A program made the position numbers and the translations under genes. Positions 17,237-24,000 of a stretch of DNA of 24,000 nt are shown here, in pieces. This DNA is from Acidobacteriota bacterium (GTDB lineage: Bacteria; Acidobacteriota; Terriglobia; Acidiferrales; UBA7541), in assembly GCA_003225295.1 (NCBI GenBank), contig QHYZ01000047.1:134213-158212 (forward strand). Direction: 5' to 3'. Below the pieces are notes generated by a model. The model made no database searches and had not been told where the DNA came from. It saw nothing but the letters and a program-made list of their open reading frames with translations. Numbering within the stretch: position 1 is the first letter of the stretch; each line of letters opens with the position of its first letter.

Positions 17237-17262
17237 TAGGGGCACGATATATTGTGCCCCTA
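17237..17262. repeat. Perfect 9-bp inverted repeat
   Basis: TAGGGGCAC-GATATATT-GTGCCCCTA in the gap between the carbonic anhydrase-like gene and the CWC ORF. Confidence 0.75.
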
Positions 17263-17389
17263 GGGGTGGACAAAGCCCCGCCCTATAGAAGACTTGGCGT
17301 TTCCCGGATCACGTCAAGATATCATCCGCGTTGCCCGACTGACAAGGAACCGCGGGTACGGCTCTGGACGGCGCGCCACAACTGCGCCA

Positions 17390-18322
17390 TCATCGCCTGG
17401 TGGAAACGCACTGCGCAAAGTGCGGCGCGACGATGACCTGTCGGCCGGAAGGTGGCTGTTGGTGCGCGGAATTGCCGCACCTCCCGGTGCCGGCCGATGA
17501 GGAGGGATGCCTGTGCCGGAACTGTCTCTGTGCCAAGATGGAGGCATCGCTCGAGTCCGACCATGGAAAAGAAGCGTGAGCCTTCAATCGATCTGAACCG
17601 CCGGGCCGCCGGAAGTGCCAGCCACTTCGTCCACGAATGCGCGGATCGATTTCAACTTCGCCAAGGACCGGCACACCATAGGCCAGCGCCGTTTTCGAGC
17701 CTTCGCCGTGGCCAAAAATATCCAATGACTTGCCGCAGTGTGGGCAGGAGAACGTGCTCATATTCTCGACCACGCCGAGCACTTCCACGTTTACCTGGCG
17801 GAACATTTCGATGGCCTTGCGCACATCGGCGAGCGCCACCGTCGATGGAGTGGTGACCAGCACAGCGCCGGTAACGGCAACCGTCTGGATCAGTGTCAAC
17901 TGCACGTCACCGGTGCCCGGCGGAAGATCAATGATCAGATAATCCAGCTCACCCCATTCCACGCTGCGCAGGAATTGTGTAATCACGCTGTGCAACATCG
18001 GCCCGCGCCAGATCATGGGCTTATCACCGGGGTTCAGCAGGCCCATGGAAATCATCTTCAGCCCCTGCGATTGGACAGGAATGATGCGCTTATCCTGCGT
18101 GGCTTCCGGCTGCTGCGTCGCGCCCAGCATGATCGGTACGTTGGGCCCGTAAACGTCCGCGTCGAGCAAGCCGACGCGGTGGCCCAGCTTCGCCAAGGCC
18201 AGTGCCAGATTCACGGCGACGGTGGTCTTGCCGACGCCGCCTTTGCCGCTGGCAACCGCAACGAGATTCTTCACGCCGGGGATCGGCTGACGTTCCGGTG
18301 TTGGTTGCGGTGCTGGAGGCAT
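17390..18322 (-). CDS. Mrp/NBP35-family (ApbC-like) P-loop ATPase; C-terminal boundary doubtful
   Basis: VAVASGKGGVGKTTVAVNLALALAKLGHRVGLLDADVYGPNVPIMLG, YLIIDLPPGTGDVQLTL, VVENMSTFSCPHCGKSLDIFG. The last ~80 aa after EIDPRIR look non-native; the real end may be near 17584. Confidence 0.9.
   Translation of the reverse strand: MPPAPQPTPERQPIPGVKNLVAVASGKGGVGKTTVAVNLALALAKLGHRVGLLDADVYGPNVPIMLGATQQPEATQDKRIIPVQSQGLKMISMGLLNPGDKPMIWRGPMLHSVITQFLRSVEWGELDYLIIDLPPGTGDVQLTLIQTVAVTGAVLVTTPSTVALADVRKAIEMFRQVNVEVLGVVENMSTFSCPHCGKSLDIFGHGEGSKTALAYGVPVLGEVEIDPRIRGRSGWHFRRPGGSDRLKAHASFPWSDSSDASILAQRQFRHRHPSSSAGTGRCGNSAHQQPPSGRQVIVAPHFAQCVSTRR
17400..17579 (+). CDS. Small cysteine-rich CWC family-like protein, absent from the ORF track
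   Basis: GTG-start ORF translating to VETHCAKCGATMTCRPEGGCWCAELPHLPVPADEEGCLCRNCLCAKMEASLESDHGKEA (59 aa): CxxCG...C...CWC-ELP-LP...CLCxxCL pattern. Confidence 0.72.
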   Translation: METHCAKCGATMTCRPEGGCWCAELPHLPVPADEEGCLCRNCLCAKMEASLESDHGKEA

Positions 18323-18345
18323 GTGGTTCTCTTTTCTCGGATGCG

Positions 18346-21324
<2,979 letters not shown>

Positions 21325-21493
21325 GAAGGGTGTTGCCGTCTCCTGACGGTTCTCCGCGTGCTCGCTTCGACTGGGCAGTACGATCTCGTCGCTGCAACAT
21401 CTTATTCTAACTGGTTGGGTGCGCCAGCGCCAAGAACCACGGCGTAAGCTCTGGCGGGGCAAGAGAATCACTATCGGCGCGGGTGAATGAGGG

Positions 21494-24000
21494 TTACTTG
21501 GAAGCTGCTACGCCAACGGGTTCGGGAGTGACGTCGCTTTCGACGACCGCGGGCCCGGTAGGTTGCAGGCTACCCGCGAGGAGCCGCCGGTACTTGCTGC
21601 GTTCCTCCAGGTTCATGTCCACGATCTCGAAGGCCATGTCCTGGGCGCGGTAATCGCGCATGAGCGCGGTGGCCTGCAGGTTACGCATGCCGACCTGCAG
21701 CTTCAATTGCACTTGCGTTCCAGGGGGGAGGTGCCGGCTGATGGTGGCCACGCCACCGCTCAGGCTCGCGGTCTTGATCTCCAGGGAGCAATTCTCCGTC
21801 AGGTTGATGCTCACGGCCCTGACCGGCTTCTGCAGTCGCACGCGCGTGTGCCGGCGCTGCCGCACAAATCTTGACGAGGGGGGAATCTCCAGCGGTGCGA
21901 GCGTGAAATCTTCCTTGTCAATTCCGCTCTTGGGCAGATAATTCTGAACCCAGTCCGGATCGAGTTTGTCGAGCGCCTGCAGCGCGGCAATGCGCAGCTC
22001 CAGCGGTTGTACCCAACCAAACACTTTCTTCGCTTCGACGATGCGCTTTAGAGTGCTGGCCGATTCTTGCGCTTGAACTCTTCCCAGTGCTTCGATGGCT
22101 TTCACGCGCAGAAACGACCCGCCACCGGAGGGCAAGTCACCGTCGGCGATAGTCAGCAATTTGCCGAGCGCCTCGCGGTCCGCAGTAACCCCGATCTCAT
22201 CGATCACCAGCGGCGTCACCAGCGGGTCCACGTGATCGAGCAACTCCAGCAAGATGTGGCACCTGCGGGCCGCTCCACTGGCGGAAATCTGCCGCACGAT
22301 GCGGTCTTGCGAGGTCCGGGGAAAATCTTTCATCCGGCCGGGCAGAAATACCATGACCGACTCCGGATCGAGCCGGCTCAGCAGCCCGGCCATCTCCACG
22401 GCTTCGGCGATCGGCCCGCCGCGCACCGTACTCCGGAGATACTGAACAGCCTCTTCGCCCATATCGGCCGCCAAATTGGCCACATGCTCGGAATCATCGC
22501 GCAAACTACAACGATTGAAACGCGCCGAGAGCTGCTCCATGGTCGTCTGCGGGAGCAGTCTAAGAACATCGGTCAGCCCCGCGGCCACCTGGCGGGCCTT
22601 CAGGGCTTCCTCGACAAACTCCGGCACGCGTTCTTCGATTCCCATTTTTCCGCGCAGGCTGCGCGCGATTCCCGGCCGCTGTGACTCGACGCCGGCAAGG
22701 AGATCGAGTGCCTGTTCCATCGCCGGAAAATAACGGCTAGTGGCCGCCTCCTGGCTCAGCCGTACGAAGGCCGCGCTCACCAAACCCTGGAGTTCCGAGT
22801 CTTGCTCCACACTGAGCCGCAAGCCCACGTGCCGCAGCGCTTCGCTGAGCAGCTTCGGATCGGCCTTGGCATACAGCTCAGCCATCTCGGATAGTCCGAC
22901 CGCGGTTTTCTTCCGCGCATCGGCATCTTCGCTGTCCGCGCAAGCCGCATAATTCTGAAGAATACTGATGGCCTCGGCGATGTTGCCGTGCTCGATCAGT
23001 TCGCCAACATAGGACTGCACGTTGCGCGGTGGAATGCACCAGGCATCTCCGGATAGCAGCACGGCGCGTTTACCACTCTCCGGCACGGCAGCCCAAAACT
23101 GTTTGTCAAGAATTTCACGATGCGACTCCGCCAGGATGCCAGCTTCGCTCATCTTGTCTTCATGGGAGCCGAGAATCTTTCGTAGATTCTCGATTTCCTG
23201 GTTCATGCGGTCGAGCATCTGGCGAACGGCGTTGACTTTCACTTCGCCGCGTTCAAACCGCTCCAGCGCAAAGCGGATCGCCAAGTGTTCGGCCAGCTTT
23301 ACGATCACCGACTCGTCCGGCTTGTTGTTAGGCGCTTGCGCCGCCAGGCTCGCAAGTGCTTGCTTCAGCGTGTCTTGCGCGCGGCCCGGCAATTGCGACA
23401 TCTGCTCCTGAAACACGCCCGCCGCAGCCACGCCACCCTGCCCCGTTCCGACGGTCCCAAAACTAGTCAGCGCGCTGAGAATTCCGTAGATTTCTTCTTC
23501 GCTCGGCTCGCCGTGCCCGCCACTGGCGCTTCCCTTTCCCGCACCGAACCCGGCACCCGCCACTCCCACAGAGCCAACTGCGGCGCTGCACTCTATTTCG
23601 GAAACGAAACCCACACCGCTACCGCCCGCGGTCCATAAACCTGTACCCCGCCCAGTCCCGGTGCTTGTCCCACCGCCAGCAGTCCCTGCTCCATAACCGG
23701 AACCGCCGCCGGCGGGTCCAGCGGCAGCGGAATCTCCCGTTCCCGGTGCTTCTCCAGCTGGTATTGGTCCGCCCGGGCCCGGTCCAGAAACTCCGCCGCT
23801 TTTCGAACCCTGGGCCGCGGCAATCAATTCGAGCAGCTTCTGGGGGTCGTTCAACCACTGTCTGAATTGCTCTTGGTCGCCGCCAAGCGACGCGGCAGCA
23901 ATCTGAGCAGCTATGCTCACGTCTTTCAGCCGCGCATCGGTAGCCACGAAGCAAATCTCGTTGATGCGGATGCCCTGGGCGTCGGCGAGAGCGGCTTTCA
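21494..24000 (-). CDS. Large protein with Gly-rich linker, helical HEAT-like region and C-terminal PilZ-like domain; 5' end outside the window
   Basis: [21 protein letters not shown]...[14 protein letters not shown] resembles PilZ; repeated helical segments with [48 protein letters not shown]. The frame stays open upstream of the GTG at 23947 to the window edge ([26 protein letters not shown]). Confidence 0.75.
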   Translation of the reverse strand, partial: KAALADAQGIRINEICFVATDARLKDVSIAAQIAAASLGGDQEQFRQWLNDPQKLLELIAAAQGSKSGGVSGPGPGGPIPAGEAPGTGDSAAAGPAGGGSGYGAGTAGGGTSTGTGRGTGLWTAGGSGVGFVSEIECSAAVGSVGVAGAGFGAGKGSASGGHGEPSEEEIYGILSALTSFGTVGTGQGGVAAAGVFQEQMSQLPGRAQDTLKQALASLAAQAPNNKPDESVIVKLAEHLAIRFALERFERGEVKVNAVRQMLDRMNQEIENLRKILGSHEDKMSEAGILAESHREILDKQFWAAVPESGKRAVLLSGDAWCIPPRNVQSYVGELIEHGNIAEAISILQNYAACADSEDADARKKTAVGLSEMAELYAKADPKLLSEALRHVGLRLSVEQDSELQGLVSAAFVRLSQEAATSRYFPAMEQALDLLAGVESQRPGIARSLRGKMGIEERVPEFVEEALKARQVAAGLTDVLRLLPQTTMEQLSARFNRCSLRDDSEHVANLAADMGEEAVQYLRSTVRGGPIAEAVEMAGLLSRLDPESVMVFLPGRMKDFPRTSQDRIVRQISASGAARRCHILLELLDHVDPLVTPLVIDEIGVTADREALGKLLTIADGDLPSGGGSFLRVKAIEALGRVQAQESASTLKRIVEAKKVFGWVQPLELRIAALQALDKLDPDWVQNYLPKSGIDKEDFTLAPLEIPPSSRFVRQRRHTRVRLQKPVRAVSINLTENCSLEIKTASLSGGVATISRHLPPGTQVQLKLQVGMRNLQATALMRDYRAQDMAFEIVDMNLEERSKYRRLLAGSLQPTGPAVVESDVTPEPVGVAASK

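Noticed and set aside
21325-21471. N-terminal extension of the secA ORF
   Set aside because: [26 protein letters not shown]... is not SecA-like. The canonical start [14 protein letters not shown] is at 21324.

Overview
The window looks like chromosomal housekeeping DNA, probably from an Acidobacteria-like organism (inferred from protein style only). A rho gene lies on the + strand. Nearly everything else is on the - strand: a TROVE/Ro60-type gene (rsr) with an unassigned neighbour, two MacB/FtsX-like ABC permeases, a DUF885 protein, cmk, fabI, mutL, aspS, hisS, a gamma-class carbonic anhydrase-like gene, an Mrp-family ATPase, secA, and a large HEAT/PilZ-like protein that runs off the right edge. 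The strongest unusual signal is in the ~0.9 kb spacer upstream (on the - strand) of the TROVE gene cluster. Two separate elements (about 3768-3896 and 4283-4400) each carry a circularly permuted tRNA-like module in the order T-arm, closed acceptor hairpin, then D-arm, with identical internal spacing. Next to a Ro60 homologue this fits YrlA-type bacterial Y RNAs, giving a candidate Ro RNP island with two Y RNAs and an uncharacterised accessory protein. Secondary observations: a ~90-aa insertion inside the HisRS catalytic core, a small cysteine-rich CWC-like gene missing from the ORF track and antisense to a suspicious mrp tail, a structured leader before the unassigned ORF, an orphan ABC permease pair, and several intergenic inverted repeats.
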